The notes beneath the pieces are model-generated. The model was not told the DNA's origin and did not search any database. It was given only the letters and a program-made list of their open reading frames with translations. Of a DNA stretch of 40,910 nt, positions 31,080 through 40,492 are shown one piece after another (within the stretch, counting starts at the first letter, position 1; every line of letters begins with the position of its first letter). Where the stretch lies: the IMG/VR virus record IMGVR_UViG_3300045988_035032, positions 1-40,910 of that record; one strand, given 5' to 3'. Source of the stretch: a virus. Position numbers and translations under genes: made by a program.

Positions 31080-31432
31080 CAATCAACATTTTGGGAACCG
31101 AATACACCGTAACAGTCAAAAAGTATGACGAAGATGAAGCGTTTGAACGATTGAGCATTGACGGGTACTGTGACGGGCACATCAAAAGTATCGTTGTTTG
31201 CGACATGTCCACATACAAGGGCTGGGAGCATGAACCACCTGAAACAATCGAAATTTCGCAAAAGCAAACACTTCGGCATGAGATAGTCCATGCATTTTTT
31301 TACGAAAGCGGACTTGCGTCCAGCGCACTAGGCATTGATGGATCATGGGCAAGAAATGAGGAAATGGTGGACTGGATTGCCTTGCAAGGGCCAAAAATCT
31401 ACAAGGCGTGGCAGGAGGCTGGGGCGCTATGA
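31076..31432 (+). CDS. Small HExxH-motif protein in the head-tail joining block
   Basis: ATGA coupling. LRHEIVHAFFYESG metallopeptidase-like motif. Confidence 0.65.
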   Translation: MTINILGTEYTVTVKKYDEDEAFERLSIDGYCDGHIKSIVVCDMSTYKGWEHEPPETIEISQKQTLRHEIVHAFFYESGLASSALGIDGSWARNEEMVDWIALQGPKIYKAWQEAGAL

Positions 31433-31800
31433 CCAAAAACAAAGCCCTTTATGCCTGGTTCAACGAAGGAGAAATCCCGTTTTACCGTGCATCCTCTGTC
31501 CCTGACGATGTGGTAATGCCCTATGGAACCTATGAGTATATCGACAGCGCCTTTGACGCCGGAGAAGTCGGCCTGACGGTCAACCTATTCTTTCGGACGG
31601 AGAGCGAGGCTGTACCGGACGAAGCGGCGCAAGAACTGTCTAAGCGCATTGGATACGGCGGTGTGACAATCCCTTGCGATGAGGGTTATATCTGGCTGAA
31701 ACGCGGTTCTCCGTTCTGTCAAAGCCTGACCTATGAAAACGATCCGGCCATTAAGCGCCGGTACATCAACATTACCGCTGAATATCTGACATTCAGCTGA
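31429..31800 (+). CDS. Putative tail terminator / tail completion protein
   Basis: Located immediately upstream of the tail tube gene. ATGA coupling. Confidence 0.55.
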   Translation: MTKNKALYAWFNEGEIPFYRASSVPDDVVMPYGTYEYIDSAFDAGEVGLTVNLFFRTESEAVPDEAAQELSKRIGYGGVTIPCDEGYIWLKRGSPFCQSLTYENDPAIKRRYINITAEYLTFS

Positions 31801-31811
31801 AAGGAGACAAG

Positions 31812-32387
31812 ATGGGTAAATTTACGAAAATCCCTCAGAACACATTTGAGGAACTTCAAATGGACGCGGGTGTTGTTCTTACGAGCTTTGATCCATCCGA
31901 CCCTGTGGTCCCGGAGGACGCAGACATTGTGTGCGCCACCACTGGCGGCATCCAGGTTTCCTGCGTTCCCACCTACTCCGACCTGGGCGAGGACGTGGAC
32001 AACTGCCCCAACAACACGAAGGAACTGAAACATTTGGACGGGTGGGACTGCAAGATGTCTTTCACATCCCTTGGGATCTCCCCGGCCTCTATTAAGCTGG
32101 CGCTTGGCGCGGCGGACATTGGTTCCCCCGATACCACAAAAGTTACTCCACGCCGGGATCTGCTGCAGACCGATTTCAAGGATATCTGGTGGGTAGGAGA
32201 CCGGGCGGACGGCGGTATGGTGGCTGTGTGCCTGAAAAATGCCCTGTCTACCGGCGGATTTTCGCTCCAGACCACGAAAAATGGCAAGGGGCAGGTTTCC
32301 GTGGAGCTGACCGGCCATGTGTCCATGGGCGCACAGGACACCATGCCAATGGAATTTTACTCCGCTGCACCGGAGGAAAGCACCTGA
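31812..32387 (+). CDS. Major tail (tube) protein
   Basis: GGAGACAAG RBS, 191 aa, upstream of the chaperone/TMP genes. Confidence 0.8.
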   Translation: MGKFTKIPQNTFEELQMDAGVVLTSFDPSDPVVPEDADIVCATTGGIQVSCVPTYSDLGEDVDNCPNNTKELKHLDGWDCKMSFTSLGISPASIKLALGAADIGSPDTTKVTPRRDLLQTDFKDIWWVGDRADGGMVAVCLKNALSTGGFSLQTTKNGKGQVSVELTGHVSMGAQDTMPMEFYSAAPEEST

Positions 32388-32782
32388 TGAGACTGTCTGA
32401 CATTAAAGGCGAACGGACGCTGGACGTGATCGCCGACATTATCGATCCGATTGCAAACATTGCGGAGGATGAGGTGGCGTCGGAGCTGTTCAAGCGAGAA
32501 AAGCTGCCGGAAGGTATGACGGCCAAGAAATTCCTGTTGCAGCGGGCAAGAAAGGCCGCTCCTGCCCTCCTGAAGGGGCACAAGGCAGACATTATCGCCA
32601 TCTTGTCCACCATCGAAGGGACCACTCCAGAGGCATACACAGGCACGCTGAACCTCGTCAAGCTCATCAAGGACACCATTGATCTGCTGACCGACGAAAC
32701 GTTCACAACGCTTTTTATATCAGCGCAGAGCGGGGATTCCTCTGGCTCTGCGCAGGAGAGTACCGAGGCCCCCGGAGCGTAA
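32387..32782 (+). CDS. Tail assembly chaperone (gpG-like)
   Basis: Acidic, between the tube and tape measure genes. TGATG coupling. Confidence 0.75.
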   Translation: MRLSDIKGERTLDVIADIIDPIANIAEDEVASELFKREKLPEGMTAKKFLLQRARKAAPALLKGHKADIIAILSTIEGTTPEAYTGTLNLVKLIKDTIDLLTDETFTTLFISAQSGDSSGSAQESTEAPGA

Positions 32783-33036
32783 AGGCTTTTTCCCGGTACG
32801 TCTTTGCACGGTTTGAACAAGACGCAAAAGACAAGGCGTACCGGGTTTATATGACTGACGTGTTAAAAATCCTTGCGGAAAACTCTGCGAGATATGCCGG
32901 CGGCAGTTACATGAAGTCAAGATACTATGACCTGATTCATCCAAAGCCGGAAGAGACTAGAACTCCGGAAGAAATCATCGGGAACATGAAAGAGAAAATT
33001 GCACGGATAGGGGGTGAAGACGCTGAATCTGTTTGA
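32387..33036 (+). CDS. Predicted -1 frameshift fusion chaperone (gpGT-like)
   Basis: The -1 frame is open from 32683 to 33036. ATG 32851 has no RBS. Confidence 0.5.
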
Positions 33037-34966
33037 TTTATTTGCCCGCATCATTTTGGATACGAGTGATTATGACGATAACCTGGACGAAGCCAGCAGA
33101 AATACAGAGTCGTTTGCGGAGAAGATGAAAAATGGACTGTCCACAGCTGCAAAAGTAGGCGCTGCCGCTCTGACGGCTGCTGCGGCTGGCGTGGCTGCTC
33201 TTACCAAGTCTTCTATAGATCAGTACGCAGAGTATGAGCAGCTTGTGGGTGGCGTTGAGACGCTGTTTAAGCAGTCGGCTGATATTGTTCAGCAGTACGC
33301 CGATAACGCCTACAAAACGGCAGGCATGTCGGCAAATGAGTACATGGACACCGTGACTAGCTTTTCCGCCTCACTCCTGCAAGGTTTAGGTGGTGATACC
33401 GCAAAGGCGGCGGAGGTGGCGAACCAGGCCATCACTGACATGTCCGACAACGCTAACAAGATGGGCACAAGCATGCAGATGATCCAGAACGCCTATCAAG
33501 GGTTTGCCAAGCAGAACTATACCATGTTGGATAACCTAAAGTTAGGCTATGGTGGTACTCAGGAAGAGATGGCCCGGCTTATTAACGATTCTGGGGTTTT
33601 GGGCGATGCGTTTGTCGCCACGGCCAACAATATCAATGAAGTGTCATTTGACAAAATCATTGAGGCCATCCATGTTGTGCAGACCAACATGGGGGTTACG
33701 GGCACCACAGCGGCGGAGGCGGCCAGCACCATTGAGGGCAGTGTTGCCTCGGCAAAATCGGCGTGGACAAACCTTATAACAGGCATTGCGGACGAAAACG
33801 CCGATCTTGATACACTGATCGGGAATTTTGTGACAAGCGCTGAGACAGTGGCGGGGAATGTTGTCCCTCGTATCACACAGATTTTGTCTGGTATGGGGAC
33901 AGCTATTGAGCAATTGGCTCCCATTCTTGCGGCAGAGGTACCAACGCTCATTGCTTCCGTCCTCCCGTCCATCGTGAACGGCGGGGCGCAACTACTTGTT
34001 GGACTTGTGACAGGGCTCGTCAGTGCTCTTCCGCAACTGGTGGCAGCAGTTCCGGGGATTATTGATACGATGATCACAAGCATATCAGAGGCGCTTCCAC
34101 AAATCCTAAATGTGGGAGTGCAGCTTCTTGATCAGTTGACCACCGGTATTGAGACGGGGCTGCCCGATATGGTGTCCCGCATTCCAGAAATCATCACACA
34201 ATTTCTGAATTACATCACAGAGCAACTCCCGACAATTCTTGACAAGGGAGTGGATCTGCTGAACAATCTCGTGAATGGCATTATAGGAGCTATTCCAGAA
34301 ATGGTTGCAGCACTCCCGCAGGTTATTACATCCTTCACAAAATATCTATCTGATAGTTGGCCGAAAATCACAAGAGCAGGAATTGACATTTTAAAGAACT
34401 TGATTACCGGCATTATAGGTGCAATTCCAGATCTGGTGGCATCCCTTCCGCTGATTATCAACGCCATTATTACCGGAATTGAAAACCTCATGGACGGTGT
34501 TGTGGATGTCGGTAAGGCTATCGTGGAAGGAATCTGGGAGGGTATCGCTGGTGCGGCTGACTGGCTAGTCGGCAAAGTAACAGGATTTTTTGGAGATATT
34601 GTAGGCGGAGTAAAAGATTTTTTAGGTATTCATTCTCCGTCTACAGTATTTGCCGACATGGGTAAAAACATGGCCCTCGGTCTTGGACAGGGCTGGGACA
34701 ATGAGTATGACCGTATCCGCCGGGATATTGAGGGCGGCATGGATTTCGGCACGGCCCAAGTGGACTTTGCTTCTTCCGGGCTCGGCCTAGCATCGGCAGG
34801 TATGGTGAACGGTATTTCAGCCGCAGTACAGAGCAACGGAGTATCGGGTGGGAACTTTGTTTTTAACCTAATGATGCCTGACGGAACGAAATTCGCCTCT
34901 TATCTGTTCGGCCCGTTGGCAGACTATGCAAAGGCCAACGGTACGCCTATTTTAAGTCCGTCGTGA
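33014..34966 (+). CDS. Tape measure protein
   Basis: 650 aa, helical, with internal ~40-aa repeats (GIIGAIPEMVAALPQ / GIIGAIPDLVASLPL). Confidence 0.9.
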   Translation: MKTLNLFDLFARIILDTSDYDDNLDEASRNTESFAEKMKNGLSTAAKVGAAALTAAAAGVAALTKSSIDQYAEYEQLVGGVETLFKQSADIVQQYADNAYKTAGMSANEYMDTVTSFSASLLQGLGGDTAKAAEVANQAITDMSDNANKMGTSMQMIQNAYQGFAKQNYTMLDNLKLGYGGTQEEMARLINDSGVLGDAFVATANNINEVSFDKIIEAIHVVQTNMGVTGTTAAEAASTIEGSVASAKSAWTNLITGIADENADLDTLIGNFVTSAETVAGNVVPRITQILSGMGTAIEQLAPILAAEVPTLIASVLPSIVNGGAQLLVGLVTGLVSALPQLVAAVPGIIDTMITSISEALPQILNVGVQLLDQLTTGIETGLPDMVSRIPEIITQFLNYITEQLPTILDKGVDLLNNLVNGIIGAIPEMVAALPQVITSFTKYLSDSWPKITRAGIDILKNLITGIIGAIPDLVASLPLIINAIITGIENLMDGVVDVGKAIVEGIWEGIAGAADWLVGKVTGFFGDIVGGVKDFLGIHSPSTVFADMGKNMALGLGQGWDNEYDRIRRDIEGGMDFGTAQVDFASSGLGLASAGMVNGISAAVQSNGVSGGNFVFNLMMPDGTKFASYLFGPLADYAKANGTPILSPS

Positions 34967-34974
34967 GGTGAACC

Positions 34975-35382
34975 ATGACACAACTGATTATTGATGGAAT
35001 TGAACTTCCAGAGACACTGAAAGGCGGATATAGAGCGTGGAAAGACCCACTATCCATCGACGTCAAGATGGTCACAGGGAGAATTGTTCGTGAACTGCAA
35101 GGAAGCGTTTGGGAAGTTACATATCAGTATGGCTATTTCAGTGACGAGCTGAAGAATAAGGTAATTGCAGCGTGTGAAAAGGGTAGAAAACAGGTCATCA
35201 CATGCGGCTTTCTTCCACCAAGTTCCAGCGGCGCACTGACTTATTCTCAATTCTTTGTCATCGACTTTCAATATCCAAAATTCATGTGGAGCCGACTGGT
35301 TGATGGAGAAGATGGGGCTACACCTATGCCGATGTGGGCCGACTTTTCTGTGGAGCTGCGAGAGGTGAAACCCAGTGATTGA
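34975..35382 (+). CDS. Putative distal tail protein (short)
   Basis: Located directly after the TMP gene. Confidence 0.55.
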   Translation: MTQLIIDGIELPETLKGGYRAWKDPLSIDVKMVTGRIVRELQGSVWEVTYQYGYFSDELKNKVIAACEKGRKQVITCGFLPPSSSGALTYSQFFVIDFQYPKFMWSRLVDGEDGATPMPMWADFSVELREVKPSD

Positions 35383-37486
35383 GAGCACGGAGGGCTACAA
35401 AAAGGCGATTGTGGCGGACGCACGCCAGATTTTCATTAAAGCAATCATTGACATTATCGACCCGGACATTATATATGGCACAATCAGTAGCAGTGGGGAG
35501 ATGCAATTTTCAAAGAGAGAACAGGCTTACAACAAGATATTTGTCCTTGAACCATACGCAACACTGGAACAAAATCGCTGGGTACTGGATGGTCAATTTA
35601 AACTGATTCCTGAACAGGGCGTAAATGGAGAGATTGGACTTGTATTAGATCCACTATCGGCAGAAGATGGTACATTCACCCCGGCTGTTTGGGCGGAAGA
35701 GACCTTTTCCAATGTGTCCATTCTTCAGGCATGCTCCATCTATTTCCCGTCAGATGATTGGGATGGTGTAGCGGAAGATTTTACAGTGGAGATCAAGCAG
35801 GGTGGCACAACCTATCACTCAAAGAGCTTCAAAGGCAATATGGAGAGGAGCGTATCCCTAACAGGATTTACAGTGTACAATCCCGATGCTATTAGGGTTA
35901 CAGTAAGTAAGTGGAGCAAGCCAGGAAGAAGGGCGAGATTTGCGGAAATACTTCCTGGAGTTTATGAGGAATGGGACGGAAATATTATTGCGTCGTTTTC
36001 TCTTAAACATCAGGGAGATGTGTCCTGTATGGCGCTGCCTTATGGGACTTGTACGATACGCATGGATAACCTGGATCGAAGGTTTGAGCCCAGAAGCAAA
36101 GAGGGCGTATTTCAATCTATTGAAGAACGGCAGGGTATTGATGTTTCCATGGCCGTCAGGCTGGAGGATGGGACAGATGAATATAAGCGGTTAGGAATAT
36201 TCTATCAGTATTCCGGCGGATGGAAAACAGGGGATAATGGACTTACTATGCAATGGGACTTGGTGGACATTATTGGACTGCTACAATCCAGAGAATTTAT
36301 ACCACCGGAAGCCCTCCCAACCACGTTGAAAGGGTGGATAGCAGCTCTTGTGGCCCAGCTAGGGACAAATTTTGAAACTCTTTATACTGTAGATCCGAAC
36401 TATGCGGACAAGCCGGTCGTGGTTCGGTCTTCATCTGATGTTGTTGGAATGAAGTGCGGTGACCTTCTGCGGTACGTCTGTATGGCGACGGGAACATGGC
36501 CACGAGCGGACGCGGAGACTGGCTATCTGGCAGCAGAGCCGCTTTGGAGCCAAGGGAACAAGTTGACGTTGGACAACTTACAGAGTTATCCGGTAATGAA
36601 GGCCAACAACGACATAGCGGCAATCATTTTTACATTGAACGATGGAAACAACACACAATATATTGTGTCCGGTAACTCTACAGCATCTAGCGAAACAAAG
36701 TCTGTCCAAAATCCGTTCATTAAAACAAAAGGTGATGCGCTGACAGCCGCTAAGTTGATTTTATCATGCTATGGTGGGAATAGGCTTGAAATCGTCGGTC
36801 GTGGCGATATGACTTCTGAAATTGGAGATGTAGACACTGTATGGCTGAATGAGAGCAGCGCCACTACGGCCCGCCGCATACAGCAAGATCTATCTCTCAA
36901 AGATGGAGTATTGAAGGATTGCACAAGTATTCTGCTCCAGGCTGATGGTTCTTTCCTGTTCCAGAACCGGGCGGTGATCACACAAAGTGGATCTTGGACT
37001 GTACCAGAAGGAGCTACGAAACTCCGATTGATTCTGGTAGGAAAGGGCGGAAATGGAACTGCCGGAACAGATGGTAATTGGGATGAAGCGGGCCAGGATG
37101 GACAGGACGGCCTTGGCGCCCTTGTTTGGGCGGGGACTGTGTCTATTAACCCTCAACAGCAATTCAACATTCAAATTGATGAAGATACCATTTTTGGGCA
37201 GTATAGCAGTGCTGATGGGTCAAGATTTGAGTATGGCTATACTGATATTGCAAGTGGTGACAGCTTTGCGAGAACTGGAGTGCAAAATCCTGTAACTGGT
37301 TCGGGCGATGGGGGAGCCGGAGGCGCTGGAGGTATTAAAGGGAATAAACACCGAAAAACCACCACCAATTCTGATGGTTCTACGTCGTCAAAAATGGTGA
37401 TTGACAATTATCCAGGAGAAGGTATGCCGGGAAAGGCTGGAGCGACAGGCTGTGTAGTGATCTATTGGGACAAGGAGGAAACATGA
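35375..37486 (+). CDS. Tail-associated / baseplate hub protein (Tal-like) with C-terminal glycine-rich domain
   Basis: 703 aa after the Dit gene. C-terminal GKGGNGTAGTDG...GSGDGGAGGAGG...GATGCVVIYW. Confidence 0.7.
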   Translation: MIESTEGYKKAIVADARQIFIKAIIDIIDPDIIYGTISSSGEMQFSKREQAYNKIFVLEPYATLEQNRWVLDGQFKLIPEQGVNGEIGLVLDPLSAEDGTFTPAVWAEETFSNVSILQACSIYFPSDDWDGVAEDFTVEIKQGGTTYHSKSFKGNMERSVSLTGFTVYNPDAIRVTVSKWSKPGRRARFAEILPGVYEEWDGNIIASFSLKHQGDVSCMALPYGTCTIRMDNLDRRFEPRSKEGVFQSIEERQGIDVSMAVRLEDGTDEYKRLGIFYQYSGGWKTGDNGLTMQWDLVDIIGLLQSREFIPPEALPTTLKGWIAALVAQLGTNFETLYTVDPNYADKPVVVRSSSDVVGMKCGDLLRYVCMATGTWPRADAETGYLAAEPLWSQGNKLTLDNLQSYPVMKANNDIAAIIFTLNDGNNTQYIVSGNSTASSETKSVQNPFIKTKGDALTAAKLILSCYGGNRLEIVGRGDMTSEIGDVDTVWLNESSATTARRIQQDLSLKDGVLKDCTSILLQADGSFLFQNRAVITQSGSWTVPEGATKLRLILVGKGGNGTAGTDGNWDEAGQDGQDGLGALVWAGTVSINPQQQFNIQIDEDTIFGQYSSADGSRFEYGYTDIASGDSFARTGVQNPVTGSGDGGAGGAGGIKGNKHRKTTTNSDGSTSSKMVIDNYPGEGMPGKAGATGCVVIYWDKEET

Positions 37487-38526
37487 GTTTTGATTTTTTG
37501 ACCCTTGTAACGAATAGAAATCAAAATGATGTGGACGCCAGAAACAGCAAGGGCACCTACAACGCCACAGACCTGAATCGAGTAACGGCGGCGATGGAGG
37601 AATTGGACCAGCAGTTCCGTCAGTACGGTTACAGCACGGGCTATCAGAGGATAGAGATACCCCATGGTGGGAATCAGGGTGTCACCTACTTAGAGTACAT
37701 TGAAAGCAGCGGGACACAGTATATCGATACAGGGCATAAACCAACGAATAACAGCCGGGTCGTTATGGAGGTTGAGGCATTAAAAGGCGGCGTTTACCCT
37801 TTCTTTGGCGCTCGTACAGCAAATGGAGTAGGTAGCTTTGTGTTGTGGGAGATGTCTGCTAGTTCGATTCGGTCTGATTTTAATACGACTGGAACAGAAA
37901 CTACGGTATCAAAAGTTTTGTCCCACGTTGTTATAGACAAAAACAAAAACGTCTGCAAATTTGGAGATACGACTATTACCAGTGGAGCGGCATCATTTAA
38001 CTGTTCGTATAACCTCTGCCTTTTGGCGCTCAATTCAGGGGGAGAGATAGATGAGAGAAAACTGTCCGCCAAGCTTTATCGTTGCCAGATATATGATGAT
38101 GGAGTGCTCCGTTATGATTTCAGGCCGGTATTAGATAGTAGTGGCAGGGCTTGCCTGTGGGACCGCATAGGCAGAAAACTTTACTATAATGCCGGGACAG
38201 GCTCATTTGTTGCAGGTCCACAACTAGAACCCGAACCCGGCGAGGAAAAAGATCCGTACACCTGGTATGAAGATGATATTCCAACCGCTGATCTGATGGA
38301 GAGATATCTTGCGAATGTTTCCGCTCTACGTTCTACCATTGACTTGCTGTCCACTACGCCAGAGGCACCGGAGAGCATGGAACTGTTGACGTATATCGAG
38401 GCCAACAACATTGAGCAGATACTGCTTGATATAGAATCCCTGATTACCGCCATGTCAAAGGTGTTTCCCCAATCTGGGATGGTCTGGGCGGTATCAAATG
38501 GACCGGGCTTTTACTTTGCGAATTGA
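37483..38526 (+). CDS. Tail fibre / receptor-binding protein
   Basis: ATGA coupling. NATDLNRVTAAMEEL fibre motif and LEYIESSGTQYIDTG domain. Confidence 0.7.
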   Translation: MSFDFLTLVTNRNQNDVDARNSKGTYNATDLNRVTAAMEELDQQFRQYGYSTGYQRIEIPHGGNQGVTYLEYIESSGTQYIDTGHKPTNNSRVVMEVEALKGGVYPFFGARTANGVGSFVLWEMSASSIRSDFNTTGTETTVSKVLSHVVIDKNKNVCKFGDTTITSGAASFNCSYNLCLLALNSGGEIDERKLSAKLYRCQIYDDGVLRYDFRPVLDSSGRACLWDRIGRKLYYNAGTGSFVAGPQLEPEPGEEKDPYTWYEDDIPTADLMERYLANVSALRSTIDLLSTTPEAPESMELLTYIEANNIEQILLDIESLITAMSKVFPQSGMVWAVSNGPGFYFAN

Positions 38527-38535
38527 GGTGATTTC

Positions 38536-39582
38536 ATGGAAGACAGAATACCGACTGTAGGCCAGGAGGGCCGAGTTCTAATTACGCCTGAGAGCGGAGA
38601 AGCGTACTTTGCGAAAATTGAGATGGCAGATAATCCAACACAGGCAGGGACGCCGCTGAATAAGGGAACTTTGCTGAAAGACACCACAGCGGCTTTGTTT
38701 GGGCTGGATGTATCCAATGTCCCAGATGATGTGCTGGCCTTTTTAGGAAAATATAATCAGTATTGGTGGAAGCGAAGTGTAGCATCCGCGAAATATGTTT
38801 CGAAGATATCTGGTGCAAATATTCAAGTTACTGCTACAGGCCAAATCGATGAAAAAGGACACGAATGTATATATATATCTTACAACAGCTCGATTGTAAT
38901 TTCCGAAAGCGGAAAGGTTTCATTAGCATCTGGTTCTAGTTCAAAAAAGCTTTCTGGATATCAGTACGATAGTGACTACTACGAAAAATCATTTAGCGCA
39001 TTGAAGGGTAAATACACGTCAATCAACGGAAATATATACTATTTTGCTGATGATGCGACGTGCAGTGTTTCTGGCGGCATAAACGAATGGCACTTTGGAG
39101 TGCGTGCTGTAACAGCCCAGAAAGTAGAATCAGAATATTCTGATTATATTTTCTCATCTGACCGCGAAGCCTACCCCGACAGCGGCATCCAAGATGGGTA
39201 TGAGTATCAGTTTTTGGGGATACCGTTTGAAAACTCGGTATTACCACTGAGAGTAGAGACTGGCAGTTATGTGGGGACCGGCACCTACGGGGTCAATAAC
39301 CCATGCAGTTTGACACTCCCTTTTGAGCCTAAACTATTTATAGTCGGCGATACAGATGGGCGTAAAGGGACAAGGGGAAACAATTTATATTTTGCATTGC
39401 CTATATTTTTAGGCGATACATACGAAAAAATCCAATGGAAATATGGAGGAACAACTGCAACTCAATATACCCTGATGAAGAGAGAGGGGTCCACTATTTC
39501 CTGGTATATAAATTTTACCGGAAGTGGAAGTGACCAGTTAAACGGTACAGGAACTACCTATTACTATTATGCCATCGGCTAA
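38536..39582 (+). CDS. Tail fibre protein with AT-rich C-terminal cassette
   Basis: N-terminal DRIPTVGQEGRVLITPE...ADNPTQAGTPLNKGTLL fibre pattern. GC drops after about 38760. Confidence 0.75.
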   Translation: MEDRIPTVGQEGRVLITPESGEAYFAKIEMADNPTQAGTPLNKGTLLKDTTAALFGLDVSNVPDDVLAFLGKYNQYWWKRSVASAKYVSKISGANIQVTATGQIDEKGHECIYISYNSSIVISESGKVSLASGSSSKKLSGYQYDSDYYEKSFSALKGKYTSINGNIYYFADDATCSVSGGINEWHFGVRAVTAQKVESEYSDYIFSSDREAYPDSGIQDGYEYQFLGIPFENSVLPLRVETGSYVGTGTYGVNNPCSLTLPFEPKLFIVGDTDGRKGTRGNNLYFALPIFLGDTYEKIQWKYGGTTATQYTLMKREGSTISWYINFTGSGSDQLNGTGTTYYYYAIG

Positions 39583-39594
39583 AAGGAGGTCCCC

Positions 39595-39885
39595 ATGCTA
39601 ATCATCGAAATCCAGCCCTTGGAGAACGGGGCGCACCGCAACCAAACTTGTAATTTGAATACCATCCCGGAGGGGTGGGCGGAGGTCCCTCCTGAGATCT
39701 CCGTGCCTGATACCTTCCCCTTTGTGGATATCGAGGTGAACGGCCAGATTGTTATAGACATGACCGCCGGGACCGTGCCAGAGCCGGAACCTGAACCGGA
39801 GCCGGAACCCACCCAGCTTGACCGGGTAGAGGCGCAGGCTACCTACACTGCCATGATGACAGATACCCTGCTAACGGAGGTGTAA
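39595..39885 (+). CDS. Hypothetical fibre-associated protein with (PE)5 linker
   Basis: AAGGAGG RBS. PEPEPEPEPEP at nt ~39781-39810. Confidence 0.55.
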   Translation: MLIIEIQPLENGAHRNQTCNLNTIPEGWAEVPPEISVPDTFPFVDIEVNGQIVIDMTAGTVPEPEPEPEPEPTQLDRVEAQATYTAMMTDTLLTEV

Positions 39886-39887
39886 GC

Positions 39888-40007
39888 ATGAAAGAAAAAA
39901 TTGCATTGTGGTACAGGCAGGGCCTTTGGAACGCTGAAATGGTCCAGCAGGCCGTGGACAAGGGACTGCTAACCCCGGAGGATTACAGCGAGATCACCGG
40001 CACATAG
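39888..40007 (+). CDS. xkdX: XkdX-family protein (39 aa; not in ORF track)
   Basis: MKEKIALWYRQGLWNAEMVQQAVDKGLLTPEDYSEITG matches the XkdX pattern. Confidence 0.75.
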   Translation: MKEKIALWYRQGLWNAEMVQQAVDKGLLTPEDYSEITGT

Positions 40008-40033
40008 ACTACAAAATGGAAAGGCGGTGTCGT

Positions 40034-40345
40034 ATGCCACCGGATTGCAATGACTGCCCAATGGAATCCCGTATTGCCAGCGTGGAGCGGCGGGTGGAAA
40101 AGAACGAGCAAAAAGCGTCCGAAACACACAAAGAGTTTTATGACCGCATTCGTGCGCTGGAAATTGCACGGGCAGAACAGGGCCAGCAGTACACAACGAT
40201 TTTGGAAAAGCTGGACAGCCTGACAACGACTGTTGCAAGTATCCAGGCAAAGCCCGGCAAGAGATGGGAGGCCATTGTGGAAAAATCCATCTGGGCCGTT
40301 GTAGCGGCTGGGATTGCCTTCCTGCTTGCGAGAATCGGGCTATAA
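40034..40345 (+). CDS. xhlA: XhlA-like protein (coiled coil + C-terminal TM)
   Basis: CNDCP...RIASVERRVEKNE...KRWEAIVEKSIWAVVAAGIAFLL. Start uncertain (40016, 40034 or 40061). Confidence 0.7.
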   Translation: MPPDCNDCPMESRIASVERRVEKNEQKASETHKEFYDRIRALEIARAEQGQQYTTILEKLDSLTTTVASIQAKPGKRWEAIVEKSIWAVVAAGIAFLLARIGL

Positions 40346-40492
40346 AAAATCCTCCCGATTTGGGAGGATGGAGGGGTTAAAACCGTTGCCCTAGAAAAAA
40401 GAGGAGAGTATGGAACCAGGGCAACGGGTCCCAAAGGACATATCCACTATATCATTTTTCCGACAAAAGTCAACAGGATGGGAGGTGATTTT

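Noticed and set aside
39781-39810. Short tandem GAGCCGGAACCT-like repeat, considered as a possible CRISPR or satellite.
   Set aside because: It encodes an in-frame (Pro-Glu)n linker within a CDS. There is no spacer-repeat organisation.
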